From positions 16,922-80,921 of the forward strand of contig CASEYY010000016.1 of assembly GCA_949292335.1 (NCBI GenBank): a stretch of DNA of 64,000 nt. Direction: 5' to 3'. The first letter of the stretch is position 1. Every line of letters starts with the position of its first letter. The position numbers and the translations under genes were made by a program. A model generated the notes under the pieces. The model was not told where the DNA came from. It was given only the letters and a program-made list of their open reading frames with translations, and made no database searches. This stretch comes from an uncultured Pseudomonadota bacterium. Its GTDB lineage: Bacteria; Pseudomonadota; Alphaproteobacteria; RF32; CAG-239. This document shows positions 54,035 to 64,000 of this stretch, in pieces.

Positions 54035-56257
54035 ATGCCGGAAATTGAAGAAAAAATAAAAACCGTATCCTTGGCCGAAGAACTTAGTAATCGCTACCTT
54101 TCTTATGCGATGTCTACCATTGTAGCTCGTTCATTGCCTGATGTGCGTGACGGCTTGAAGCCAGTGCATCGTCGTCTTTTGTATGCTATGCGTCAGTTAC
54201 ACCTTGATCCAAAATCAGGTTTTAAAAAGTGTGCCAGAGTGGTCGGTGATGTTATCGGTAAATATCACCCGCACGGTGATAGTGCCGTATATGGTGCCAT
54301 GTGTCGTTTGGCTCAAGACTTTTCGGTCAGATATCCTTTAGTCGACGGGCAGGGCAACTTTGGTAATATCGACGGGGACAGTCCGGCGGCAATGCGTTAT
54401 ACCGAAGCAAGACTTACCGAATTTGCCATTGCCTTGATGGAAGGTCTTAATGAAGATGCCGTTGATTTTATGGATACTTATGACGGCGAAGAGCAAGAGC
54501 CTGTCGTTATGCCCGGTGCCGTTCCTAATTTGCTTTGTAACGGTTCGAGCGGTATTGCCGTCGGTATGGCTACCAATATTCCTCCGCATAATCTGGCCGA
54601 AGTTTGTGACGCATTATTGCTGATGATTGAGAAGCCTGACTGCTCAATCGAGAGCTTGGTTCGCAAAATAAAAGGACCGGATTTTCCGACCGGAGGCATC
54701 ATCGTTGATAAATTTGCAACCATTCTTGATGCTTATACTACCGGAAAAGGAAACTTTAGAATCAGAGCAAAGTGGCAAAAAGAAGATTTGGGAATGGGAC
54801 AGTACCAAATTGTGGTTACCGAAATTCCGTATCAGGTCATAAAGTCAAAGCTGATTGAAAAAATAGCCATTTTGTTGCAAGAAAAGAAACTCCCGCTGCT
54901 CAATGACATCAGAGATGAATCGGCTCAAGATGTCAGAATCGTTTTGGAGCCCAAAAATCGCAATGTCGATGCTAATATGTTGATGGAGCTCTTGTTTAAG
55001 CAGACCGAACTGGAAGCCAAGTTTAACATGAATATGAATGTGCTTGATTCCGACGGCGTTCCCAGAGTAATGAGTATTGCCGAAGTATTAAGAGAATTCT
55101 TAAATCATCGCTTGGTGGTTTTGGAAAGACGTACCAAACATCGTTTGCAAAAGATTATCAATCGTTTGGAAATTCTTTCGGGATATTTGATTGCTTATCT
55201 TAATTTGGATGAGGTTATTCATATCATTCGTAACGAAGATGAGCCTAAGCCTAAACTGATGGAAAAATTCAAGCTTTCCGATGTGCAGGCAGAATCAATT
55301 CTTAATATGAAACTCAGAAACTTGCGTAAGCTTGAGGAAGCCGACATCAGAAAAGAGTTTGACGACTTAACGGCAGAAAAACAAGAGCTGGATGCTTTGT
55401 TGAGCGATGAAAATTTGCGTTGGCAAAAAGTGGCCGAAGAAATAAAAGCAATCAGAGAAAAATTTGGTAAGAAGACGGCTCTGGGACGTCGCAGAACCGA
55501 ATTTGCTGAAGTTGATGTCGAAAATATTGATATTTCAATCGAAGCTTTGGTTGAGAAAGAGCCCATCACCGTAATATTGTCGGAAAAGGGATGGATCAGA
55601 GCCATGAAAGGGCATATTGCCTTGAGTGAAGAATTCAAGTTCAAAGATGATGATTGCTTGCTCAAGGCTATCCATGCTCAGACTACCGACAAGATAATTT
55701 TGTTTGATACAGTGGGTAAGTTCTTTAATATCAATGCTTGTGATATTCCTTCCGGACGCGGTTTCGGGCAACCTTTGAGATTAATGGTAGATTTGGGTAA
55801 TAATGATAATATTACCGAGATGTTTGTATTTGAGCCGAAAGCTTCGTATCTTATCGCGTCTGACAAAGGGTATGGTTTTATTGTTGATGAAAATCATCTT
55901 GTTGCACAAACTCGCCAAGGACGCAAGATTATGAATGTTGCCGAAGGTGAAAAGACAATGTTCTGCAAAAAAGTTGTCGGTGATATGGTGGCTATGATTG
56001 GTGATAATCGGAAAATATTGGTATTCAAAATGGAAGAAATTCCGACTATTGCTCGCGGACGCGGTGTTTGCCTGCAAAAATACAAAGATGGCGGCTTGAG
56101 CGATATCCAAATCTTTAATCAAGAAGACGGTTTTAGTTATAATCGTGCCGGCGGCATTAGTGTCGAAAAGGATTTGCTGACTTGGCTCGGACACAGAGCT
56201 CAAGTCGGAAAGCTCGCTCCATTTGGTTTTTCTAAAGATAACAAGTTTTTGAAATAG
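54035..56257 (+). CDS. parC: DNA topoisomerase IV subunit A
   Basis: [26 protein letters not shown] and [10 protein letters not shown] (catalytic Tyr). 740 aa without a GyrA box. Confidence 0.9.
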   Translation: MPEIEEKIKTVSLAEELSNRYLSYAMSTIVARSLPDVRDGLKPVHRRLLYAMRQLHLDPKSGFKKCARVVGDVIGKYHPHGDSAVYGAMCRLAQDFSVRYPLVDGQGNFGNIDGDSPAAMRYTEARLTEFAIALMEGLNEDAVDFMDTYDGEEQEPVVMPGAVPNLLCNGSSGIAVGMATNIPPHNLAEVCDALLLMIEKPDCSIESLVRKIKGPDFPTGGIIVDKFATILDAYTTGKGNFRIRAKWQKEDLGMGQYQIVVTEIPYQVIKSKLIEKIAILLQEKKLPLLNDIRDESAQDVRIVLEPKNRNVDANMLMELLFKQTELEAKFNMNMNVLDSDGVPRVMSIAEVLREFLNHRLVVLERRTKHRLQKIINRLEILSGYLIAYLNLDEVIHIIRNEDEPKPKLMEKFKLSDVQAESILNMKLRNLRKLEEADIRKEFDDLTAEKQELDALLSDENLRWQKVAEEIKAIREKFGKKTALGRRRTEFAEVDVENIDISIEALVEKEPITVILSEKGWIRAMKGHIALSEEFKFKDDDCLLKAIHAQTTDKIILFDTVGKFFNINACDIPSGRGFGQPLRLMVDLGNNDNITEMFVFEPKASYLIASDKGYGFIVDENHLVAQTRQGRKIMNVAEGEKTMFCKKVVGDMVAMIGDNRKILVFKMEEIPTIARGRGVCLQKYKDGGLSDIQIFNQEDGFSYNRAGGISVEKDLLTWLGHRAQVGKLAPFGFSKDNKFLK

Positions 56258-56259
56258 CA

Positions 56260-56442
56260 ATGGAAGGTGTCCTGTTTGAATATGTGCGTTATGGTGCTTC
56301 AATGAAGGTTACGGCGATTGAACCGCAAACCAAAATCGAGGCTGTGGTTATCGTGCCGGCAGATATGCCAGAGGCACAAATGCAGGCTCAAGCTTTACAA
56401 AAACTGCTATATATTCTAAATAAAAAAATGGATGGAAATTGA
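56260..56442 (+). CDS. Small conserved hypothetical protein (DUF6898-like)
   Basis: 60 aa. VLFEYVRYGASMKVTAIEPQTKIEAVVIVPADMPEAQMQAQALQKLLYIL resembles a small alphaproteobacterial family I recall. It starts 2 nt after parC. Confidence 0.5.
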   Translation: MEGVLFEYVRYGASMKVTAIEPQTKIEAVVIVPADMPEAQMQAQALQKLLYILNKKMDGN

Positions 56443-56510
56443 AATCCCTGTGGATAAAAAACCATAAGCAGATGATTGTGTTTCCAATTTTAAAAAATTT
56501 TTTTATAATG

Positions 56511-56542
56511 CCCCCGAGAATGTGTTTCTCGGGGAATTTTTT
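56511..56542 (+). terminator. Hairpin + T-run (terminator of the parC operon, or leader attenuator of the giant gene)
   Basis: cccccgagaa-tgtg-tttctcgggg then aatttttt. A TATAAT at 56504-56509 sits just upstream, so the role is ambiguous. Confidence 0.55.
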
Positions 56543-56556
56543 ATGGGGAAAAACTA

Positions 56557-59500
56557 ATGTCGGACAAGACTACTGACAAGGCTGCAGCTTTGCCGCAGTT
56601 TATGAAAGAAAATACAACTTCTTTTGAAATCGAAGAAAAAGAATCTTGGCTTAATCACAATTTGCATAAGTTAATGATCGCAATCAGTGTTATTTGGTTT
56701 GCCGTCGTACTAATCTATGTCACCCAGTTTTTTGGTTGGTCAAATCTGTTTTTGATGATGCCGGATGAATTCGGAGGCTTTTTAGCCGGTGTAACACTGC
56801 CTTTGGCCATAATATGGGTGGTGATGGCTTATATTGATCGAGGTTCGGCCTTTAATAAAGAAGCTAAGTTCTTGCGTGCTTATATGAACCAATTAGTTTA
56901 TCCTGAAGACGGTGCTCCCCAAACCGCTAAGGCTATGGCTGATGCTATTCGTTCTCAAGTGGTAGAACTGCAACAAGTTTCAAAGTTGGCTCATGAACAA
57001 ACTTCCCAGATTAAAGATGCCATTAAAGAAAATGTTGACGATTTTGCCAAACTTGTCGCCAAGTTGGATAATTATTCCTCAAAAACAATCGTTGAACTTA
57101 GTGATGGCGTCAAATTCTTAACCGCGAACTTTGAAAATATTTTAAGCCGAGCTCAGACATCAACCCAAAATTTGGCACAGATAAATCGTGAATTCATTAA
57201 TGGAGGAAATGATATAGAAGAAGTCTTGGGACGGATGTTTGCCAAGATTGTTCCTTGCCTTAATGAAATTAAAGAAACTTCCGAATCCTTGAGAAATGTT
57301 ACCGATAACTCGGCCGAAGATATTGTAAAAGCTAATGAAAGTTTGCAAGTATTCGTTGAAAAAACAAATGCCTCAATGACTGCTATGCGAAATTTACTTG
57401 AGGCTCAAATCGGTGCCTTGAAACAAGTGGCTGATAAAACAAAATCTAACAGCGATGAAATGAAATCAACTTTGACTTCAGAAATAAACGAATTTGATGA
57501 AATTATTCAAAAACACGGGCAAAAGCTTAATCAAATACTTATTGAAGCTGAGAAAACCGCTAAAGAAAAAACAGATGATCTTGCAAAAGCCGCTTTGGCT
57601 AATATCGGAATCATCAATAATTCCATTAAAAACGGAATGGATGGAATAGGTGATGCCGTCGGTGTTCAGATCGGCAGAATGGATGAAGCCTTGGTCAAAA
57701 ATAACCGTGATATCGCGGCTTTTATTAAGTCTTTGGATGATAAAGCCGAAAATATCAATAAGAAATTTGCCGCTCACGGCGAATTAATGGCTCAAGAACT
57801 CGATAAACTTATGGTCAGAAGTGCTAACTTAGAAGAAGCTATTGCTGTTAGAGTAGCTAATCTCGGCGGCATTTCGGAAAAAGCAATAACGGCCATGAAA
57901 CAAGTCGATGACGCCCTAAATGCAAATTTGGCTAATTTGGATGAAAAGGTTTTGGCTGCAAATAACGACATCTTATCATACACTAGTACTTTACAAGAAA
58001 AAACTTCCGACTTCGAAAGAATTTCCGCTGATAGTGCCGATAAAGTTTTGGATTTGACCGAGGTATTGAATAAACGGTACGAATATTTGCAAAAAGTCAC
58101 GGCCGATGGTTTGAAACAGTTGCAAAACGCCGATAAGGAAATTAATTCGGCAACCGAAAATCTAATCGTACAGACAGCCCAATCGGTGGAAAATATAAAT
58201 AAAATATCAGAAGTTATGCAGAAAAATACCAATAACCTTAATGAGGCTTCGTCAGTGGTGGTGATGCAAAGTCAAGTCAGTGAGGCTTCTTTGTCTCAAC
58301 AGCAAAAGCTCATTACCGATACAGCTGCTCGGGTCGAAGGTATTAAAAATGAACTTAAACGACAAATAAACGACTTAACCTCAGCATCCGATGAATTGGA
58401 AAAAGATGCCGCCAAATTGCTCGATAATGTTAAGTCTAATATTGCTAAAATGTTAACCCAGTGTAATGACGCCATTAATAAGAGTAAAGCTATAAATGAT
58501 AATCTGTCTGAGCAGGCAAATATGTTTGATACTTCGGCAAATCGAACTATGGCAAAGGTTACACAATTTGAGAATACTCTGCTTAAACAATCTCAAAATA
58601 TGGAAACTCTGGCGAAAACCATTGCCGAAAAATCGGAAGAAATCGGAAAAACTTTGGATTCCCATACGACAAAACTATCAGATGCCTCTAACGAAACCGA
58701 AGCTATGTTGTCTAAATCAATATCAGAGTTTGAGACCAAAAGCGATAGTATTAACAATATATCGCAAAATGCCGCGTCTTTAATCCAAAATACCATAATC
58801 GGTTTGGATGATAAAATGGCCGCACTGACAATGTTGTTGAAACAACAGGAAGGGGATTTCTATGCGTATTGTGTCAAAGTACAAGAAAACACCGATAAAA
58901 TGGCCGATGTCTTGAAAAAACAAATGTCAAGTGTTGAAGACGGAGCCGATAAATTGTTTGCCAAGTTGGTAATCTTAGAAGATGATACCGGAAGAAGAGC
59001 TGATACGATAGCAGAAAATTCCCAAAAATCAGTGGAAAAATTAACCGAAATCGAAAAATCTCTGACCGAAAAGCACTCTTTGATTGAAAAAACAGTCGAT
59101 TTTGCATTGGATAAAATGAAAAATGCAAATGAACTTATCGAAAACGGATTGGAAAAATTCGGTGATACGGTAGACGGCATAAAAGCAACCACAACCAATA
59201 CACTAAAAGATCTTAGTGTTAATTCGGCTCAGTTGAAAACCATTCACGAAAAAGTTCTCCAAGAAGGTGAAACCTTGCAGCATAATCTGGAAAGTCAGAT
59301 TAAATATGCCGAAAATGCAGGCGTTAAGTTATCGTCGCAAAACAAAAATATTGCCGATATGTTGGAAATGCAGAAAAATACTATTACCGAGGTGGTTAAT
59401 ACTTTGGCTACACAGGCCAGACTCGGAGAAGCATCATTGGCTCAACAATATAAGTATCTCACCGATGCAACGGTTGAAGCCACTGCAAAATTGCAAGAAA

Positions 59501-60723
59501 TCAATGCCGTATTTAATGGTAATACCGGTGAGATTTTTGAAACTACAAATAAACTCTCGTATGAGTTTGAAGTATTGGGCGATAGGTTATTAAAAGCTTG
59601 TGACGCCATTAATAAGGCTTCAAAAGATTCGGTGAAAAATGTTGACCAGATAAGCCTAAGACTAAATCAATGCAGCGAGGAACTGGATACGACAATTTAT
59701 CACTCGGTGGAAAATATCGGTAGCGTGTTTAACGAATATGAAAAATATGTTGCCGGTTTTAACACAATAACCGCAGAAACATCTACCGGAGTGGTCGAAG
59801 TAAACAATCTTATTTCGGCTCAAAGTGATAAAATGCTTAAAATATCAAATGATGCCAAAAAGTTGGTCGATTGCTTCAACAATGTTTTGAGTGATATTGC
59901 CAATCAGTTATCTAACAAAGCCAACGAAGCTTACGACAAGGTTAACGGATTAGGGCAGGATCTTAAAAAACTCAGCCTTGAAATGGACGATGCGGCTAAG
60001 CTTAGTGCTACACATCTGGAAAAATCAGGTGATAAAATGCGGGCGGCAATAAATGAAATAGCCTCCAACGCCGAAAGAATTTCTAATACCATTCTGTCTT
60101 CCGGAGAGGTCTTTATTAAACAGTCTGGTGCCTTAACGGCTATTGCCGACGAAACGGCCGCTAAAGTTAATGATAGTATTGAAAATATGGTAAATGCCGG
60201 CAAAATTTTTGAAAAACAGGGCGAAGAAATTGTTAAAGGCAGTATCCGGTTTAATGATACCGTTAATACTCAAACCCAAATCTTAAGCGAATGCTCAGGT
60301 AAGGCCGAAAAAGCAATGAGAGCACTATCAAATACCTACAAAGATATTGATGTCGATACTTTCTTGAAAGATGCCGGAAAAATAATATCTGCTCTGGAAA
60401 GTATATCGGTCGATATTAATCGCTTGCTTAATCCCAAAGATGAAGAAGATTTATGGAAAAAGTTTTATAACGGTGATACCCAAATATTTGTCAGAACTAT
60501 TGCTAAAAATATGACTAATACTCAAGTGACAGCCTTACGCAAAGAATTAGAAAAAAATGCCGAATTGCGTCGTTTGGTCGGATTGTATCTGAGCGAATTC
60601 GAAGGATTGGTCGAAAAGTCAAAGAATCACGAATATTCGGCAGCTTTGATGGCGGTCATTTCCGGTGCAGATCTGGGAAAGTTGTACTATGTGCTGGCAA
60701 AAGCTCTTAATAAACTAAATTAA
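56557..60723 (+). CDS. Giant (1388 aa) membrane-anchored coiled-coil protein, function unknown
   Basis: Two N-terminal TM helices (LMIAISVIWFAVVLIYVTQFF, FLAGVTLPLAIIWVVMAYI) precede ~1100 aa of E/K/N/Q/S/L-rich helical sequence. A distinct ~170-aa C-terminal domain follows (DLWKKFYNGDTQIFVRTIAKNM...). Confidence 0.8.
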   Translation: MSDKTTDKAAALPQFMKENTTSFEIEEKESWLNHNLHKLMIAISVIWFAVVLIYVTQFFGWSNLFLMMPDEFGGFLAGVTLPLAIIWVVMAYIDRGSAFNKEAKFLRAYMNQLVYPEDGAPQTAKAMADAIRSQVVELQQVSKLAHEQTSQIKDAIKENVDDFAKLVAKLDNYSSKTIVELSDGVKFLTANFENILSRAQTSTQNLAQINREFINGGNDIEEVLGRMFAKIVPCLNEIKETSESLRNVTDNSAEDIVKANESLQVFVEKTNASMTAMRNLLEAQIGALKQVADKTKSNSDEMKSTLTSEINEFDEIIQKHGQKLNQILIEAEKTAKEKTDDLAKAALANIGIINNSIKNGMDGIGDAVGVQIGRMDEALVKNNRDIAAFIKSLDDKAENINKKFAAHGELMAQELDKLMVRSANLEEAIAVRVANLGGISEKAITAMKQVDDALNANLANLDEKVLAANNDILSYTSTLQEKTSDFERISADSADKVLDLTEVLNKRYEYLQKVTADGLKQLQNADKEINSATENLIVQTAQSVENINKISEVMQKNTNNLNEASSVVVMQSQVSEASLSQQQKLITDTAARVEGIKNELKRQINDLTSASDELEKDAAKLLDNVKSNIAKMLTQCNDAINKSKAINDNLSEQANMFDTSANRTMAKVTQFENTLLKQSQNMETLAKTIAEKSEEIGKTLDSHTTKLSDASNETEAMLSKSISEFETKSDSINNISQNAASLIQNTIIGLDDKMAALTMLLKQQEGDFYAYCVKVQENTDKMADVLKKQMSSVEDGADKLFAKLVILEDDTGRRADTIAENSQKSVEKLTEIEKSLTEKHSLIEKTVDFALDKMKNANELIENGLEKFGDTVDGIKATTTNTLKDLSVNSAQLKTIHEKVLQEGETLQHNLESQIKYAENAGVKLSSQNKNIADMLEMQKNTITEVVNTLATQARLGEASLAQQYKYLTDATVEATAKLQEINAVFNGNTGEIFETTNKLSYEFEVLGDRLLKACDAINKASKDSVKNVDQISLRLNQCSEELDTTIYHSVENIGSVFNEYEKYVAGFNTITAETSTGVVEVNNLISAQSDKMLKISNDAKKLVDCFNNVLSDIANQLSNKANEAYDKVNGLGQDLKKLSLEMDDAAKLSATHLEKSGDKMRAAINEIASNAERISNTILSSGEVFIKQSGALTAIADETAAKVNDSIENMVNAGKIFEKQGEEIVKGSIRFNDTVNTQTQILSECSGKAEKAMRALSNTYKDIDVDTFLKDAGKIISALESISVDINRLLNPKDEEDLWKKFYNGDTQIFVRTIAKNMTNTQVTALRKELEKNAELRRLVGLYLSEFEGLVEKSKNHEYSAALMAVISGADLGKLYYVLAKALNKLN

Positions 60724-60742
60724 TATGGGAAGTTGTTGAAAA

Positions 60743-61054
60743 TTGGCTTATTCAAAGATAGATAATTATGTTGCTTCTTTACAACGGCAGGTCGCAGATA
60801 TTGCCGGTAAAATCAAAAGAATGCAAAATCAAACAAGTTTTGAGACGCAACCGCAACAAAATTATCATTCCGGTGTGGAAAATAAACCATATAATCCGCT
60901 TAGATCCCAAACTCTTGGCATCGTAAAAATGGATAATCCTGATTGCGGATATGCTACCGAAACATATCAGTCAGTTGCGGCAACAAAAGAAAAATCGCCG
61001 GTAGTCGAAGGACTGGTTTTTGACAATAACAAAAAGTTTGATTTCAGAGTATAA
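60743..61054 (+). CDS. Hypothetical protein (TTG start)
   Basis: 103-aa ORF, Q/N-rich, with no recognised motif. It fills the gap between the giant gene and dusB. Confidence 0.3.
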   Translation: MAYSKIDNYVASLQRQVADIAGKIKRMQNQTSFETQPQQNYHSGVENKPYNPLRSQTLGIVKMDNPDCGYATETYQSVAATKEKSPVVEGLVFDNNKKFDFRV

Positions 61055-61058
61055 TGTA

Positions 61059-62042
61059 ATGATTAAAGGCTTTGACAGTAATGTGTTTTTGGCTCCGATG
61101 GCCGGTATTACCGATAAGCCAATGCGAAAATTGGTCAGTTCGTTCGGAAAGGGAAATATAGTTTCGGAAATGGTTGCCATTAATGCCTTATCACGAAAAA
61201 ACCCGAAAACATACCGAATTGCAGATGTCAGAGATGAAAATTATCCGGTTGTCGTGCAACTGGTGGGCAGCGATCCTCAAATATTTGTACCTGCCGTCGA
61301 ATTGATTGAAGAACTCGGAGCTCATTCCATTGATATAAATATGGGATGTCCGGTAAAAAAAATTGTGGCTAACAAATCCGGATCATACCTTATGAAGGAT
61401 GTGGATTTGGCTTCAAAAATAATAAAAACCGTTAAAAAAACTACCAAATTACCGGTAAGTGTAAAATTTCGCAAGGGTTGGGATCACAACAGTGTGAATG
61501 CCGTAGATTTTGCAAAAATGTGCGAGGATTGCGGGGCTGATTATATTACGGTTCACGGTAGAACCCGTTCTGATTTTTATTCCGGCACGGCTGACTGGGA
61601 TATTATTGCCCAAGTTAAACAAGCCGTGAAAATCCCCGTAATAGGAAACGGTGATGTCGATACGCCGCAGAAAGCCAAGGAAATGCTCACTTATACCGGT
61701 GCAGACGGAGTGATGATCGGAAGAGCGGCACTCGGCAGACCATGGCTCATTGCACAGGTGCATCATTACTTGAATAATCAGCAAAATACTTTTATTGTTG
61801 ATGTAGACTTAATAAAAAGTACTTTGCTTAATCATATCAATGAATTGGCAAATTATTACGGCGAAAAATTGGCTTTAGCTTTATCCAGAAAATATGTGTG
61901 TTGGTATTCTAAAACCATGCGTGATGCTAAAAAATTCAGAGAAACTTATATGAAAATTGGAAATTTTGATGAGGCTATGGCCGAAATCGAAAATTTTTTT
62001 GTGGCTGATAATTTTGGTAACAGTGAGGAGGCCGACAGATGA
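61059..62042 (+). CDS. dusB: tRNA-dihydrouridine synthase B
   Basis: LAPMAGITDKPMR, DINMGCP and HGRTR motifs. Start at the ATG at 61059. Confidence 0.9.
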   Translation: MIKGFDSNVFLAPMAGITDKPMRKLVSSFGKGNIVSEMVAINALSRKNPKTYRIADVRDENYPVVVQLVGSDPQIFVPAVELIEELGAHSIDINMGCPVKKIVANKSGSYLMKDVDLASKIIKTVKKTTKLPVSVKFRKGWDHNSVNAVDFAKMCEDCGADYITVHGRTRSDFYSGTADWDIIAQVKQAVKIPVIGNGDVDTPQKAKEMLTYTGADGVMIGRAALGRPWLIAQVHHYLNNQQNTFIVDVDLIKSTLLNHINELANYYGEKLALALSRKYVCWYSKTMRDAKKFRETYMKIGNFDEAMAEIENFFVADNFGNSEEADR

Positions 62043-63394
62043 AAATAATTGTTTGCGGGGCCGGAAATCTCGGCAAAAGCGTAGTTAGTTACTTGGTAAA
62101 GGGAAACAATGACATTGTCGTAATTGATGATAATCAACGAAATTTGGATGAAATTTCTAAAGAATTTGATGTGTTGCCGATTGTCGGAAAACCATCGCAT
62201 CCCGATGTTTTGGAAAGAGCAGGGGCTAAGGATTGTGATATGATCTTTGCCGTTACCGATACCGATGAAGTGAATATGATAGTTTGTCAACTGGCCTATA
62301 CTCTTTTTACGATACCTAAAAAAATTGCCTCAATTAACAGCAAAACATTTTTAGATCCTCTTTGGGCCATGCTCTACAATGATAATCATTTGCCGGTCGA
62401 TTTGTTGATATCGCCCGATATTGATATTGCCGATAATATATTGAAAATATTGAAATATCCGGGATGTTCCGGTATTATTTCGGTCTTAAACGAAGACTAT
62501 TGCATTTTAACCGTTAATATTAAAGAAAATTGTCCGTTCTTAAATGTTGAGCTGATGCAGGTTACCAGGCAAGAAGGAATTAATCCGGGCTTTGTTAATA
62601 TTGTAAGAAACAATCAAAGCTTTTTGCCCGATATGTACGAGACCTTACAACTTAATGATGAAGTGAATATATTACTTAAAACTTCGGATATTTACAGTAC
62701 CATAAGTGCTTTCGGTTTGGAAAAACCAACAAACGAGCGGCTGGTTGTTTTCGGAGGTAACGAAATCGCCGAGTATATAGGCGGTAAAATTGAACATGAT
62801 GATACTATAACTTCGTGCCGTCTGATAGAAGAAGATATTGAAAAAGCAAGAAAATTAGCCAAAATTCTAAATCATGTGGTGGTTATCAACGGCGAAATGA
62901 TGAGTGATGTGATTTTGAAAGAAGCCGAAATAAATCGAGCCGATGCCGTTATTGCTTTAACCGATGATGATAAAGATAATTTGTTGGCTTCGCTTTTGGC
63001 ATCAAAAAACGGTGTCACAACCACAATTTCCGTTATTAATACTCCTTCTTATAATAATTTGATGTTCAGTATTACCGATAATATATTGGTCGACAGAAGT
63101 GCCGTTACCATATCAAAAATATTAAAAGAAATCAGAACCGCAAAGCTTAAAAAGGCCTATTCCGTATCCAGAGAACAGGGTGAAATTTGGGAAATTCGCC
63201 TTAATGAGAGAATGCTTTGTTGCTACAAAAAGATAGGTGAGCTTAATTTGGCTAAAAACTGTAGAGTCTTTGCCATACTGCGTGACGGCAATCTAATTTA
63301 TCCCGATCAAACCACAAAATTAGAAGACGGGGATTTGATACTGGTATATGTGGATTCAACGGCCGTAAAACAGTCAGAACAAATTTTTTCGTAA
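62039..63394 (+). CDS. trkA: Trk system potassium uptake NAD-binding subunit TrkA
   Basis: MKIIVCGAGNLG Rossmann motif and the duplicated RCK N/C architecture (451 aa). ATGA overlap with dusB. Confidence 0.85.
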   Translation: MKIIVCGAGNLGKSVVSYLVKGNNDIVVIDDNQRNLDEISKEFDVLPIVGKPSHPDVLERAGAKDCDMIFAVTDTDEVNMIVCQLAYTLFTIPKKIASINSKTFLDPLWAMLYNDNHLPVDLLISPDIDIADNILKILKYPGCSGIISVLNEDYCILTVNIKENCPFLNVELMQVTRQEGINPGFVNIVRNNQSFLPDMYETLQLNDEVNILLKTSDIYSTISAFGLEKPTNERLVVFGGNEIAEYIGGKIEHDDTITSCRLIEEDIEKARKLAKILNHVVVINGEMMSDVILKEAEINRADAVIALTDDDKDNLLASLLASKNGVTTTISVINTPSYNNLMFSITDNILVDRSAVTISKILKEIRTAKLKKAYSVSREQGEIWEIRLNERMLCCYKKIGELNLAKNCRVFAILRDGNLIYPDQTTKLEDGDLILVYVDSTAVKQSEQIFS

Positions 63395-63473
63395 AAAACT
63401 TTGACAGTGATATAAAAATAATATTAAATAAACAAGTGTTCAGATAAATAATAAATAAAAAAGGATTAAACCT

Positions 63474-63689
63474 ATGAGTACCAATCAAGAAATCGAAACA
63501 AAATTTTTGAACAAACTCAAAGTCGAGGAAGTATCGGTAACCGTATTCTTGGTAAACGGGGTTAAATTGCAGGGAATTATAACCTGGTTTGACGATGCTT
63601 CTTTGTTGTTGCGTCGTGACGGGCATACTCAACTGGTATATAAACATGCCATATCGACAATTATGCCCAGCGATCCGGTCGATCTTTAG
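63474..63689 (+). CDS. hfq: RNA chaperone Hfq
   Basis: [41 protein letters not shown] Sm1/Sm2 motifs. Confidence 0.95.
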   Translation: MSTNQEIETKFLNKLKVEEVSVTVFLVNGVKLQGIITWFDDASLLLRRDGHTQLVYKHAISTIMPSDPVDL

Positions 63690-63701
63690 GTTCTTTGCAG
63701 A

Positions 63702-64000
63702 GTGCCAAGTAGGGAAAATATAAAAGCTGCCGTCATTTTTCCCGATGTTGACGGGGTGAGGTTGTCTTTGTCACCGGAAAACCGGTTGCAAGAAGCCGTC
63801 GGTTTGGCTGTTGCCGTCGGTTTAGATGTCGTATACCAAGATATTGTCAGGCTTAAGACTATAAAACCGGCAACTTTTGTCGGGCAGGGCGTTATGGATC
63901 GTATTGCCGAACTTGTGAGTGAAGCAAGTATTGGGTTATTGATATTAGATACTACACTTTCTCCTATACAGCAAAGAAATTTAGAAAAAAGACTCAAAAT
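63702..64000 (+). CDS. hflX: GTPase HflX, N-terminal part (continues beyond window end)
   Basis: My translation from the GTG at 63702 reads VPSRENIKAAVIFPDV...RLQEAVGLAVAVGLDVV...IKPATFVGQGVMDRIAEL...LSPIQQRNLEKRLK, the HflX N-domain. Canonical hfq-hflX order. Confidence 0.8.
   Translation, partial: MPSRENIKAAVIFPDVDGVRLSLSPENRLQEAVGLAVAVGLDVVYQDIVRLKTIKPATFVGQGVMDRIAELVSEASIGLLILDTTLSPIQQRNLEKRLK

Noticed and set aside
55781-56302. 173-aa minus-strand ORF
   Set aside because: It is antisense to the 3' end of parC and to the small downstream ORF, so it is a shadow frame.
1-64000. CRISPR arrays, IS elements, integrases, prophage genes, toxin-antitoxin or restriction-modification cassettes
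   Set aside because: I scanned the ORF translations and intergenic regions. I found no short regularly spaced repeats, no transposase or integrase motifs and no obvious defence-system proteins. The only repeats are the tRNA-associated ones reported.

Overview
AT-rich, tightly packed bacterial chromosome segment with about 62 CDS, 4 intact tRNAs and no rRNA, CRISPR, transposase or integrase. The standard code applies, since TGA is used as a stop (e.g. corA). Backbone gene content and order look alphaproteobacterial: lspA-DUF3035/BamF-like lipoprotein-two M16 peptidases-pgi-mutL, tmk-holB-tatD-MBL, parC plus a small DUF6898-like ORF, dusB-trkA-hfq-hflX, DUF2155 and MlaD. The backbone looks reduced, because dusB abuts trkA with no ntrBC/ntrYX between them. 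Modules typical of anaerobic Firmicutes or intracellular bacteria are interspersed. (1) adhE is followed without a terminator by an hfsABCD-like cluster: [2Fe-2S] ferredoxin, HydS-type sensory [FeFe]-hydrogenase with PAS domain, PP2C phosphatase, second [2Fe-2S] ferredoxin, group-B-like catalytic [FeFe]-hydrogenase. (2) An archaeal/eukaryote-type ProRS. (3) A rubrerythrin-PerR / flavodiiron oxygen-defence island with a Fur/PerR-type box. (4) A Chlamydia-like pyruvoyl arginine decarboxylase plus antiporter pair. (5) pagP. Two tRNA loci carry unusual scars. tRNA-Lys is followed by a 92-nt direct repeat of its own 3' end whose second copy has a 93-nt GC-rich structured insert in the T-loop. An intact tRNA-Ser(UGA) is nested between complementary 5' and 3' halves of a second tRNA-Ser copy that has a ~22-nt hairpin insertion in the anticodon loop. 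There is also a 1388-aa membrane-anchored coiled-coil giant. All functional calls rest on my reading of the translated ORFs and motifs. No database search was possible.
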